Virus record (IMG/VR): IMGVR_UViG_3300023184_000116
Span: 1 to 63,679 of that record
DNA: 63,679 nucleotides
Direction: 5' to 3' (one strand)
DNA from: a virus
Taxonomy: Duplodnaviria; Caudoviricetes
The translations under genes were made by a program, and so were the position numbers. Positions 55,311 through 63,679 of this stretch are shown here, one piece after another; within the stretch, counting starts at the first letter, position 1, and every line of letters begins with the position of its first letter. The notes under the pieces were generated by a model, which was not told the DNA's origin, made no database searches, and saw only the letters and a list, made by a program, of their open reading frames with translations.

Positions 55311-58300
55311 TATTTACTCATTCCTGTGTACACTTTGTCATAAACTGGATCATTAGAAAAATAACGATCATAAATGTCAGCAAAACCAATATCATCAGTT
55401 TTAAGTTTCATCACAACACCACTATAAAGTGCCTGCAAATCAGCATTAGATTTACTATCAATGGATTTAGTTTGACGAACAGAAAGCCCTTGGGCAATAA
55501 GATCTCTAAAATCTAAAAATGCTTTAATAGATTTCCAAGTAGGATCATTACCATGATCTTTCATAAAAGTCTTATCATTCAAAGCAAGATTAAAAGTTTT
55601 AATAACATTCTGATAACCATTCTTAGAATTGCTATTATAATCATCATACCAGTCATTGTTTTGCTTACCAAGTTCAACAACAGTTTGACTTTTAATTTGT
55701 TGTAAATCCTCAGCACCATTTTGCTGATAAGAAGTTAAATTACGTGCCTTAAGAATGTTATCAAGTATAGAAACCATTTGGCGATACTTAATCCAACCCA
55801 ACTTAATACCATTATCTTTGGCAGCTTCCTGTGGACTTTGATGCCCTCGGAAAGTTAAATCACTACCAGGGGAAACAGTATTTTGCTGTTCCCACATGTA
55901 TGCAGAGTTAGAGAAATTGTAAGCACCCTGACCACTGGAAGTAATCAAACCAATAAGTTTAGGATCAATGTGGCTAACCTCAGCAACAAGACCACTATAC
56001 TTTTTAGCATTAGTAACATCAGTTACAGAAGAACCAATACCAGTATTATTTTTAGAAAGCGACATAGTGAAATCAAAGAAATCATCACCATAGGTTTTCC
56101 AAAACTCGGTAGGAGCATTCTGTTTATACTTCTGCTGATACTGATGATACTGATCAATGTAATACTTGTAAGGTGAAGTAAACGTTGGAGCATATGGTAA
56201 AATTAAGTTAGCAACAGTACGCATGTTGTAAAACGAATCCGTAAGACTTCTAATCTCTTTATCAGATAAAGGTGGTAAGCCCTGAGCTTTACGTTTATGT
56301 TGTTCAGTTTGCCAAATCAAAGTATAAGTATTTGCATACTGTGGATCATTCTGACCACCAGCTTTAACTAACTGACGGCGAACCCAAGCAGGTAACATTC
56401 CTTCAACAGCACTACGGCTAGGACCAAAAGGAATAGCCCACTTCAAAGAATCTTCAAGATTAGGTTGACGTTTAACAATTTCAGAAATTGGAATAGCAAC
56501 ATAAGGACCAACAGGCACTTCAGTACTACCCTGGAAAATAACATCAAGAGAACGCTTTTGAACGCCCTGATGATCTAGTGAAGATAAACCTTTGCCAATA
56601 CCGAAAGGAAGTTTCTTTAATGCTGAAGGGACTTCAATCCAAATGTAATCATTCATGCTAGCATGTTCCGTATCCACCGGATTACCGTCAGCATCAGTAG
56701 CGATACCAGCGCGGTTAGGTGAAGTGAAAAGAAGGTTAGCTCGATTAACTAGTTGCGGTTTATTGTAAGCCAGTTTAGCCCAAGTTTTAACCGAGTTTTC
56801 GTATGCTGAAAAGAATGGTGAAACGTATTTCATAAATGCGGCAAGATTAGTTTTACGATCAATAGTAAACAAAAGTTGCTTAGTTCCACGCAGAGCATCA
56901 GCATGCGCAGCCTTCATAGCCAAATCCATTTCGGATGCAGAAATTAATTCATCAGGCAAAGTAGAAACAGGGCGACCATTCAATGCAGTAAAATCATTAA
57001 TGCGTTGTTCCAAAGACTGACGATACAATTTATCGTAAACAGGATGCCTAGCCCAAGCATCTTCCGGCATAGAACCAATAAGCTTGAAAACACTATTGAT
57101 AATGTTTTTAGACTTCTTAGCACCAACAAGGTTTAAGTTCTCTGCAATAACATGACCATGAACAGTTGGCAACATGTTAGGTTCCTGGAAAGACTGACGT
57201 AACATCTCTGAAGTAATCTCAACACGTTCAGCAAGTTTTGCCTGTAAGTCAGCATTAGGTAAATACTGGTCAAGCAAATTCTTTGCAGTTAAAACATAAT
57301 CTTTAGTATCTGCAACATCTAAACCAAGACGACCACGAAGCACTTTACCTTTAAGGCCACGAAGATCACTAATGACTTCATAAGGGTTTTTGCCAGCAGC
57401 AAGACTACGAACAACCTGGGAATTGCCAAACTGGTTATTGATAGTCTTAGCCCACTCAGTCCAATAATTAGGATCTTGTGGAGTGACTTCACCAAAACCA
57501 GTATCAACCATTTTACTTGAAAGCATCTTAGATTGACGGTCAACAAGTGAAAGGTAAGAGTTCTCTGAACTAGAGTTATCCCAATGAATAGGTCCGTAAG
57601 GTCCACCAAACGCTTCAGGAAGCGTATAAACAGTGCCATCAATACCAGTGTAACTGTAAGTACCTGTAGCCATTTTGCGCTTGCCTTTTTCAAAGGTTGC
57701 TAAATGCTCATTGGTTTTATCATACATTGCTTTCTTTTCAGCAAGCAAAGTTTCAAAAATGTCAATGTCAGCTAAACGGCTAGGATCATCATAGTGACCT
57801 TCATCAACACCAGGGGTATTTTTGTAAGTATTTCGATCATACTGAATCTGGTCTTTAATGTGACTGATTTCTTTTTCAATCTGTTGAATCTGCTGACCAG
57901 TAGTATCAAGTTGAATCTTGTAATCCTCATAACCCATTGACTTGCTCAAAGGATTAAGTTTATCAATAGTACGTTTAGCGGAAGTACCAGTATTGTAAAT
58001 AAGGTTTTCCATACCTTTACCAAGGTGACGGAAAGAAACAGAAGCGCCCAAAGAAGAAGCAATACGAAGCTGCGCTTCAAGACTGTTACGAGTCATGTAA
58101 CCTAAGCGGAGCAATGCGCCAACTTTAAATAAAGACTGCATAGTGTCTAGATGGTTGATGACATCACTGCCACCATCAAGCATCCAACCCATAGCCTGTT
58201 TCATGCTAGCATTTTGTTTAAGAAGATTATGGCGGCGCAAAACAGAGTTAGCTAAATCAAAATCCATCATAGGCAAAACGTTAGCAGTCTGCGACTCAAA

Positions 58301-59938
58301 CAAAGGAACTTTATAAACAGTGCCATCAAGATCAACAGCATAACCGCGTTCCTTCAAAGAAGAGTAAGCAGTAGCGCGAGCACGTTTATAGTTATTGTAA
58401 ATAGTGTCAGCATTTTCAATACTCAAACCATGCTTATCAGCAAGCTGTGCAAAAATTTCACGTTCCATATTGTAGACTGCTTCAGCACGAGCTTCAGGAG
58501 TAAAAGCACCCAAATAGCCATCAAACATGATACGTGCATGCTCATCACCAACATTAGCAACTTTCATTGCTCGCTGTAAAACAGCAGAAACTTCACGAGA
58601 TGATTCAGCATCATTAAGGTTTACAATACCAGCAGGTCGTTCACCGGTAGCCCAAGAAACAAACTGATACATGCGGTGAAAAGGAGTAGGTTGGAAAACT
58701 TTAGTTTCACTTAAAGAAGTTGAAGCTAAATCGTAAAACTTTGCAACACGACCTTCAGCAACAAAACGATCAATAGACTGAAAAGCAGAGTTACCAACAG
58801 TACGGGTAAGGACACCACCAGGCGTGGCAGCAATTTCTTGCAAAGCCCAAAACTTATTAAAATCTAAATTGTTTGCTTCAAGGGCAGATTTTTCTGCACC
58901 AATTTCAGCATGAACAGCATCATCTTCCCAAGCAAACTTAGGGGAACCATCAACGGCTCGTTCACCTTTAAGACCCCACTGATCAATAGCATCAATTTCG
59001 CCAAGAGATTTACCAATAGGGTTAGCTAAGTCTGCACGACCAGCAGCACGAATTTGACTTAAAGCATTAGGATCACCAAGACCGGCACGAAGAACAAGGC
59101 CAACATCTTTAGGGGTAGTAGCATCACCCAAAGCATGAGCCAGTGTTGCACGTGCAGGTGAATCTTTTAACATTGGATGGTTATAAGCCCATAGGCTATC
59201 ATTCTTAGCAAAATCATCAATAAGTGTGGTGTAGTTATTTACTACTAAACCATCTTCGGCAACAGAAACATCTTTAATGGCGGTAGCAATTTTTTCTGCA
59301 CGATTGGCACCAGACAAAGCGTTAGTAACCATTTCGGAACCACGAAGTACTTTAGCGGCTTTACCACCAACAAGAGAAACATCACCAAAAATTTGAATAG
59401 CAGTATCAGCGAAACCTGACCAAAACTTTTGTGAACCATGATTAAAATAATCATCAACAGATTTAGGATCATTCCAGTTTACTTTGTCAGCTTCTTGAGT
59501 ACCAGGTAGAACTGAACCTAAAGCACCAACAAATGCTTGACCGAAAGAAGTAGTTTGTGCTTGATTGTATGATTCAGCCCAAGCAGAACCATCCAAAGGA
59601 TTATTTTTTTGAGCAAGCATCAAATAGGCAGTAGACAAAGGCTCACGAACAACATTACGGTTAACAGTGTCTAGTTTTTCAAGAGCAGGTTTAACAACTG
59701 GTAACTCGGAAACATCACCAAGTGGTTTAATAACTCTACCAAAAGCTTCTTTACCAGCAGTAACAAAAGTATTACGAATACCATTATAGGCAGGATCATC
59801 ATTACCGGCAGCAGTAACAACATCCCACGCAAAACGGGGACCAGAAACAACAGCCCAACCAGTATCTTTAGCTAACTGACCTAACCTACCCCAAATACTA
59901 GGCTCTGCTGGCGTTGGTGGAATGTTAGGATCGGTCAC
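55310..59938 (-). CDS. large internal virion / DNA ejection protein (1542 aa)
   Basis: Size, helical composition, SPFFSA motif, podovirus head-module position. Confidence 0.6.
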   Translation of the reverse strand: MTDPNIPPTPAEPSIWGRLGQLAKDTGWAVVSGPRFAWDVVTAAGNDDPAYNGIRNTFVTAGKEAFGRVIKPLGDVSELPVVKPALEKLDTVNRNVVREPLSTAYLMLAQKNNPLDGSAWAESYNQAQTTSFGQAFVGALGSVLPGTQEADKVNWNDPKSVDDYFNHGSQKFWSGFADTAIQIFGDVSLVGGKAAKVLRGSEMVTNALSGANRAEKIATAIKDVSVAEDGLVVNNYTTLIDDFAKNDSLWAYNHPMLKDSPARATLAHALGDATTPKDVGLVLRAGLGDPNALSQIRAAGRADLANPIGKSLGEIDAIDQWGLKGERAVDGSPKFAWEDDAVHAEIGAEKSALEANNLDFNKFWALQEIAATPGGVLTRTVGNSAFQSIDRFVAEGRVAKFYDLASTSLSETKVFQPTPFHRMYQFVSWATGERPAGIVNLNDAESSREVSAVLQRAMKVANVGDEHARIMFDGYLGAFTPEARAEAVYNMEREIFAQLADKHGLSIENADTIYNNYKRARATAYSSLKERGYAVDLDGTVYKVPLFESQTANVLPMMDFDLANSVLRRHNLLKQNASMKQAMGWMLDGGSDVINHLDTMQSLFKVGALLRLGYMTRNSLEAQLRIASSLGASVSFRHLGKGMENLIYNTGTSAKRTIDKLNPLSKSMGYEDYKIQLDTTGQQIQQIEKEISHIKDQIQYDRNTYKNTPGVDEGHYDDPSRLADIDIFETLLAEKKAMYDKTNEHLATFEKGKRKMATGTYSYTGIDGTVYTLPEAFGGPYGPIHWDNSSSENSYLSLVDRQSKMLSSKMVDTGFGEVTPQDPNYWTEWAKTINNQFGNSQVVRSLAAGKNPYEVISDLRGLKGKVLRGRLGLDVADTKDYVLTAKNLLDQYLPNADLQAKLAERVEITSEMLRQSFQEPNMLPTVHGHVIAENLNLVGAKKSKNIINSVFKLIGSMPEDAWARHPVYDKLYRQSLEQRINDFTALNGRPVSTLPDELISASEMDLAMKAAHADALRGTKQLLFTIDRKTNLAAFMKYVSPFFSAYENSVKTWAKLAYNKPQLVNRANLLFTSPNRAGIATDADGNPVDTEHASMNDYIWIEVPSALKKLPFGIGKGLSSLDHQGVQKRSLDVIFQGSTEVPVGPYVAIPISEIVKRQPNLEDSLKWAIPFGPSRSAVEGMLPAWVRRQLVKAGGQNDPQYANTYTLIWQTEQHKRKAQGLPPLSDKEIRSLTDSFYNMRTVANLILPYAPTFTSPYKYYIDQYHQYQQKYKQNAPTEFWKTYGDDFFDFTMSLSKNNTGIGSSVTDVTNAKKYSGLVAEVSHIDPKLIGLITSSGQGAYNFSNSAYMWEQQNTVSPGSDLTFRGHQSPQEAAKDNGIKLGWIKYRQMVSILDNILKARNLTSYQQNGAEDLQQIKSQTVVELGKQNNDWYDDYNSNSKNGYQNVIKTFNLALNDKTFMKDHGNDPTWKSIKAFLDFRDLIAQGLSVRQTKSIDSKSNADLQALYSGVVMKLKTDDIGFADIYDRYFSNDPVYDKVYTGMSK

Positions 59939-60429
59939 AACATGTCCCTTAACTGCCGAATAGTATTACGTGTCTCAGGTGAAGTATTAGGTCGAGCAGC
60001 GACCTGCATCAAAACAGGCATGTATGCCGCTAACGAAACTTTAAAATTATTATCTGCCGCAATGTCCTGGCTACCTAAACCAAGAGAAGCCATACCAGGC
60101 CCAAGACCTGCATCAGCACCTGAAGTTACAGGCTCATTAGGGTTTTGATCTGGTGCATTTAAAGGAACAACAGGCATAGATTGAGTAACAGTGTTAGAGC
60201 TGTTACCTGTTTGTGACATAGGGACAGGGTTAGGAGTGGGAGTACTCGCTTCCATAGGTGCGGAAGATTGAGTATTCATCATCTCCTGACCCTGCCCATA
60301 CGGTAAACCAGAAATGTATTTAGCTGCTTGTTTATGTGCGGGACCACCATCGGTGCGTTGGGATAAAGACCCTGGGCCGGAAACTGCTGCTGGACTTGTT
60401 GGGCGTTGATAGCCACCTTTACCTGCCAT
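59935..60429 (-). CDS. conserved protein downstream of portal
   Basis: GGY..P..PA.VSGPG.LS.RTDGGP, P.EPVT.G...G.GPG. Confidence 0.65.
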   Translation of the reverse strand: MAGKGGYQRPTSPAAVSGPGSLSQRTDGGPAHKQAAKYISGLPYGQGQEMMNTQSSAPMEASTPTPNPVPMSQTGNSSNTVTQSMPVVPLNAPDQNPNEPVTSGADAGLGPGMASLGLGSQDIAADNNFKVSLAAYMPVLMQVAARPNTSPETRNTIRQLRDML

Positions 60430-60502
60430 GTTTCTCACCTGCCTGTTTAGTTAGTCGAATGGTTGTTTTGCACATCCAGCATAAGTCTGGAAGATTATTT
60501 AA

Positions 60503-60820
60503 TTATTTTTTCTTAGAACGATAAGGTTTAAGCATGCTATCCAAATTTGCTTTAGATTTGCTTACGCCATCTTTAAGATCTTTAGAAACACCAAACTTGA
60601 CCGCAGCTTTAGCACCTGCTTGAATGTTCTTGATACGTGAAGCTGGAGTGGTGAAGTCACCTTCAGCGATACCATCCATTGCTTCGGACCAAGCTGCGCG
60701 ATCAGGTTTTTTATCCGATTGAGCAATAGGACCATTAATTGGATTTACATTGCTATTGTCACCTGCTGTAGTGCGTGGCTTACCTGGTTTTGGCTTTCCG
60801 CCATCTTCATCTTTGTTCAT
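60503..60820 (-). CDS. hypothetical basic protein
   Basis: 105-aa ORF. Confidence 0.5.
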   Translation of the reverse strand: MNKDEDGGKPKPGKPRTTAGDNSNVNPINGPIAQSDKKPDRAAWSEAMDGIAEGDFTTPASRIKNIQAGAKAAVKFGVSKDLKDGVSKSKANLDSMLKPYRSKKK

Positions 60821-60822
60821 AA

Positions 60823-60996
60823 TTACTTACTGCCTTTGCCCGAACCGCCAACACCCTTAGGTGCATAGCCGAACTGAACATCTGACTTACCTGGTTTGCG
60901 AACCCCTGAAGGTACGCCTGACTTTTTGACTGGCTGAACATAAGCTTTACCAGCAGAACCCTGCGTGGCTGGCTTGTTCTTAGAACCGAACGCCAT
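60823..60996 (-). CDS. small Gly/Lys-rich protein (57 aa)
   Basis: Manual translation MAFGSKNKPATQG...; RBS AAGGAG. Confidence 0.55.
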   Translation of the reverse strand: MAFGSKNKPATQGSAGKAYVQPVKKSGVPSGVRKPGKSDVQFGYAPKGVGGSGKGSK

Positions 60997-61010
60997 CTCT
61001 TTCTCCTTTG

Positions 61011-62831
61011 TTATCCTGCTGGAATCATTCTTGCAACGGATGCTGCAAGATTTGGTGTTCCTCGTGACGTTAAGCCAGCGAGAAGTTGTTGAACGGCAGG
61101 GCGGCCACCTGGACCCATACCTGCTTGACCTGGAACCACCGTAGGTGCCATGCCCGTACGTGGATTTAATTCGGCACCACCAGCACTAGGCATGCCGGCT
61201 TCGGGGGAACCTGGAACAGGCTCGACCCCTACAGGTGCTGGTGGCGGTACTGGAGCAAACGCGGCAATAACCACTTCCTCTAATGATTTACCTTTACGGC
61301 GACCATCAATAATGTTTGCAACCTTAGACAAAACCTCTGAAGGATCCCCACCACTCTGAGCAAGCATAGGAATCGCTTGAGCATAACCAGCAACAGCCTG
61401 AATCAAAGCATCCTGGAGTTTCTCAATCTCAATCTTTTGTTCTTCCATCGTGACATTAACTTCCCAAGGCATCTGTCTACGCAAAAAGTCACGACTAATA
61501 AGCTGATCGCCACGAGCCTGCAAACCAAACACAAGAGCCTGGTTAGGGTTAAGGCCAGCCATAAGACCATAAGTCACATCAACAATGTGTTCCCCAGAAA
61601 TGTCCTTTTTAGGGGTGTAAGTAACTTCGTAAGGTGAACCTGCATCCACACCACGAACAGTCTTAGTAACATCACCAAAAATTGCTTCATCGATCTGGAA
61701 ACAAATGTCAATAACATCGCGGAACGCACCAGCCAAAACAGACTGTGCAGTCTTAACCTGTGTATCGAAACCACCCATAAGGGCTTCAACACCACGACCA
61801 GTAACAATGGAACCAGACTGATTACCTAAACGGCCCTCAGGATACCTAGCACCGGTACGTAGTTCCTGATCCAAAGCAGCTGATTCTTGGAACAAACCAG
61901 GTGGAACATTAAGATCGACACGGCGGATCTTCTCAGGGTTAGCTGAACGAATAGTCGCATCAGGACCAATCTCCAACACATTAACGTCAGCAGGTAAAGC
62001 AAAAGGTGCCTGAACAGATTTCTGTGCAGCTTCAAGTGACAATGTAGCGAAACGGCTACGAGCGACCTGAACCCAAAGTACATCATCAAACTGGCCACGA
62101 AGATTCTCATCAGAATCAATACCAGGTCGAACAGCACAAACAACCATAATCTTACCAATAGGGTTCTTTGTTTTCGCTAAAACATAGTCTTTGCGTTCAG
62201 GTAAAAAGAGAACCGTTTGGTCTTTATCGTGGTAACGAACCAACTCTAGTTGGGCATTTTGCCCACCCTGCTGGTAACGACCACGAATAACAGCTTCATG
62301 CTCTGGGAACTCCATGCACAAATCTTCAATAGTCTTTAAGTAACGCTTACTGTAAGACAATAAACGACCAAAGCGGTCAAACTCAGGATACGAATTGTAT
62401 GGATCATCAACCCGAATAATAGGAGTATTGCGATCATAATCGATCTCAACAACAAAAGGAACCATACCGTAAGTGATGTAACGGTCAGCACCAGTAAACA
62501 TGTGAGTCTGCAAGCGAGACTGGTCACGATAACCAGCAACAATCATCGTACGCTTATCAGCACGTTTACGTGCAGCTTCAGACACAACATTAGTAGCATT
62601 GCAGTTAAACGCAGGAAGCGGTGCAATAACTTCAGCCACATCGCGGGCAGCAATGTCAATAAAGTTAGCCACCATAGGCTTAGGATAATCATCAGGGAAC
62701 AAACCAGGGAAAACCTTATTAATGTTACCCTTACGAACCTCACGCACATCAGACCAACGCTGATCGCGTTCCGCTGAACTACGGCGAAGATACTTCACAC
62801 GAGTAGTTATCTCGTCCATAGTTCTAGCCAT
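61011..62831 (-). CDS. portal protein (phage A)
   Basis: 606 aa directly after terminase; P.VANFID, Pro-rich tail. Confidence 0.85.
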   Translation of the reverse strand: MARTMDEITTRVKYLRRSSAERDQRWSDVREVRKGNINKVFPGLFPDDYPKPMVANFIDIAARDVAEVIAPLPAFNCNATNVVSEAARKRADKRTMIVAGYRDQSRLQTHMFTGADRYITYGMVPFVVEIDYDRNTPIIRVDDPYNSYPEFDRFGRLLSYSKRYLKTIEDLCMEFPEHEAVIRGRYQQGGQNAQLELVRYHDKDQTVLFLPERKDYVLAKTKNPIGKIMVVCAVRPGIDSDENLRGQFDDVLWVQVARSRFATLSLEAAQKSVQAPFALPADVNVLEIGPDATIRSANPEKIRRVDLNVPPGLFQESAALDQELRTGARYPEGRLGNQSGSIVTGRGVEALMGGFDTQVKTAQSVLAGAFRDVIDICFQIDEAIFGDVTKTVRGVDAGSPYEVTYTPKKDISGEHIVDVTYGLMAGLNPNQALVFGLQARGDQLISRDFLRRQMPWEVNVTMEEQKIEIEKLQDALIQAVAGYAQAIPMLAQSGGDPSEVLSKVANIIDGRRKGKSLEEVVIAAFAPVPPPAPVGVEPVPGSPEAGMPSAGGAELNPRTGMAPTVVPGQAGMGPGGRPAVQQLLAGLTSRGTPNLAASVARMIPAG

Positions 62832-63679
62832 TAAAAGCTCCCTGCCATTTTCTGCCGTCTAGCAAATTCTTCCAAGTCAACGACTTGGCGTTTCTTCAAA
62901 TCATTAGGTGTGGCGAACGGATTACGCACCCACGTAGAACCAAATCTTCCACTAGAGTTCACATAATCCCTAACCTGTGTCTCCACAAACCACAAAGCCA
63001 TCGGGCCATCCTGCTTATTCTTAGTACCAGGAGACCACGTAACCAACTGCTCAATCAAAGACTTAACACCCTCATTATCTGTACGAGGAAGTTCAATCAG
63101 ATTAGTGCCCTTAATTAACTTATTTTGTTGATCAAGTTGACCAAACAAAGGACCCATAGAAGCCACACCATACTCAAGGTCCATCTTATTAGCACCCGTA
63201 TAGTGACTAATCAACCGGACACCACGCGAAGCGAGGAACTGGTTAATCTGCTCATCCTGAGTTAAGAACAACTGAAAAGCGTTCTTCTCAATAACCCAAG
63301 CCTGCGGATTATACTTAATAGTCCACGACTGGATTAGTTCACGAATACGTGAAGGTGTGGGTGCAGGCATACGAGACGCATCAAGTAAATAACGTTTTTT
63401 CGTCTGCCGATCAGCCGACACCACAACACCGAACGTGTCACCCGACATAGCAGGGTCCAAACCACAAACAGTGTAGAACCCATCAATGTTACTCGGATGA
63501 CCAGCGGCACCCACAATAAGTGGACCGCAAGCTCTCATACCGTTAACAGAACCCCTAACAGCTTCAGGGGAAAACACAGCCTCAGACTCAACATCTTGCT
63601 GCTGATAAACCATAGCCCACGTTTTAGGATCAACAACACTACGGCGTTGACGTAAACGAGTACCATCCCAACGAGGGAA
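62831..63679 (-). CDS. terL: terminase large subunit, C-terminal part (truncated by window edge)
   Basis: W..VYQQ, GLDPA, IEKN.FQ, D..MALWF. Confidence 0.85.
   Translation of the reverse strand, partial: FPRWDGTRLRQRRSVVDPKTWAMVYQQQDVESEAVFSPEAVRGSVNGMRACGPLIVGAAGHPSNIDGFYTVCGLDPAMSGDTFGVVVSADRQTKKRYLLDASRMPAPTPSRIRELIQSWTIKYNPQAWVIEKNAFQLFLTQDEQINQFLASRGVRLISHYTGANKMDLEYGVASMGPLFGQLDQQNKLIKGTNLIELPRTDNEGVKSLIEQLVTWSPGTKNKQDGPMALWFVETQVRDYVNSSGRFGSTWVRNPFATPNDLKKRQVVDLEEFARRQKMAGSF

Overview
All major ORFs are on the minus strand, and the window is entirely phage DNA from two different tailed phages, one nested inside the other. WhiB, M23 endolysins and actinophage-type SSB and resolvase genes point to an actinobacterial host. 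Phage A (1..~12450 and ~47960..63679, incomplete in this window) is podovirus-like. It encodes terminase, portal, internal virion proteins, scaffold, capsid, tubular tail proteins, lysis genes, a split exonuclease, DnaB, a split primase, an Ntn-protease and an adenine methylase. Phage B is an apparently complete, circularly permuted 34,879-bp HK97-type siphovirus with no integrase. It sits between two copies of a shared fibre gene that contain about 630 bp of exact identity, so the join is either a homologous-recombination co-integrate or an assembly chimera. The most notable features of phage B are: (i) a nucleotide/DNA hypermodification pathway whose thymidylate-synthase homologue carries the dCMP-type Asp, together with a dNMP kinase, a PLP enzyme, an amino-acid:DNA-transferase-like protein, an SGNH-like protein, a dUTPase/dCTPase and a dCMP deaminase; (ii) a prohead protease fused to a Dps/ferritin domain; (iii) a canonical type II hammerhead ribozyme with a pseudoknot between two early genes; (iv) three copies of a ~130-bp promoter/stem-loop/RBS module that head cassettes of small genes, two of which split the modification operon; and (v) a -1 frameshifted tail chaperone. 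All calls come from motif recognition by eye; no database searches were run.
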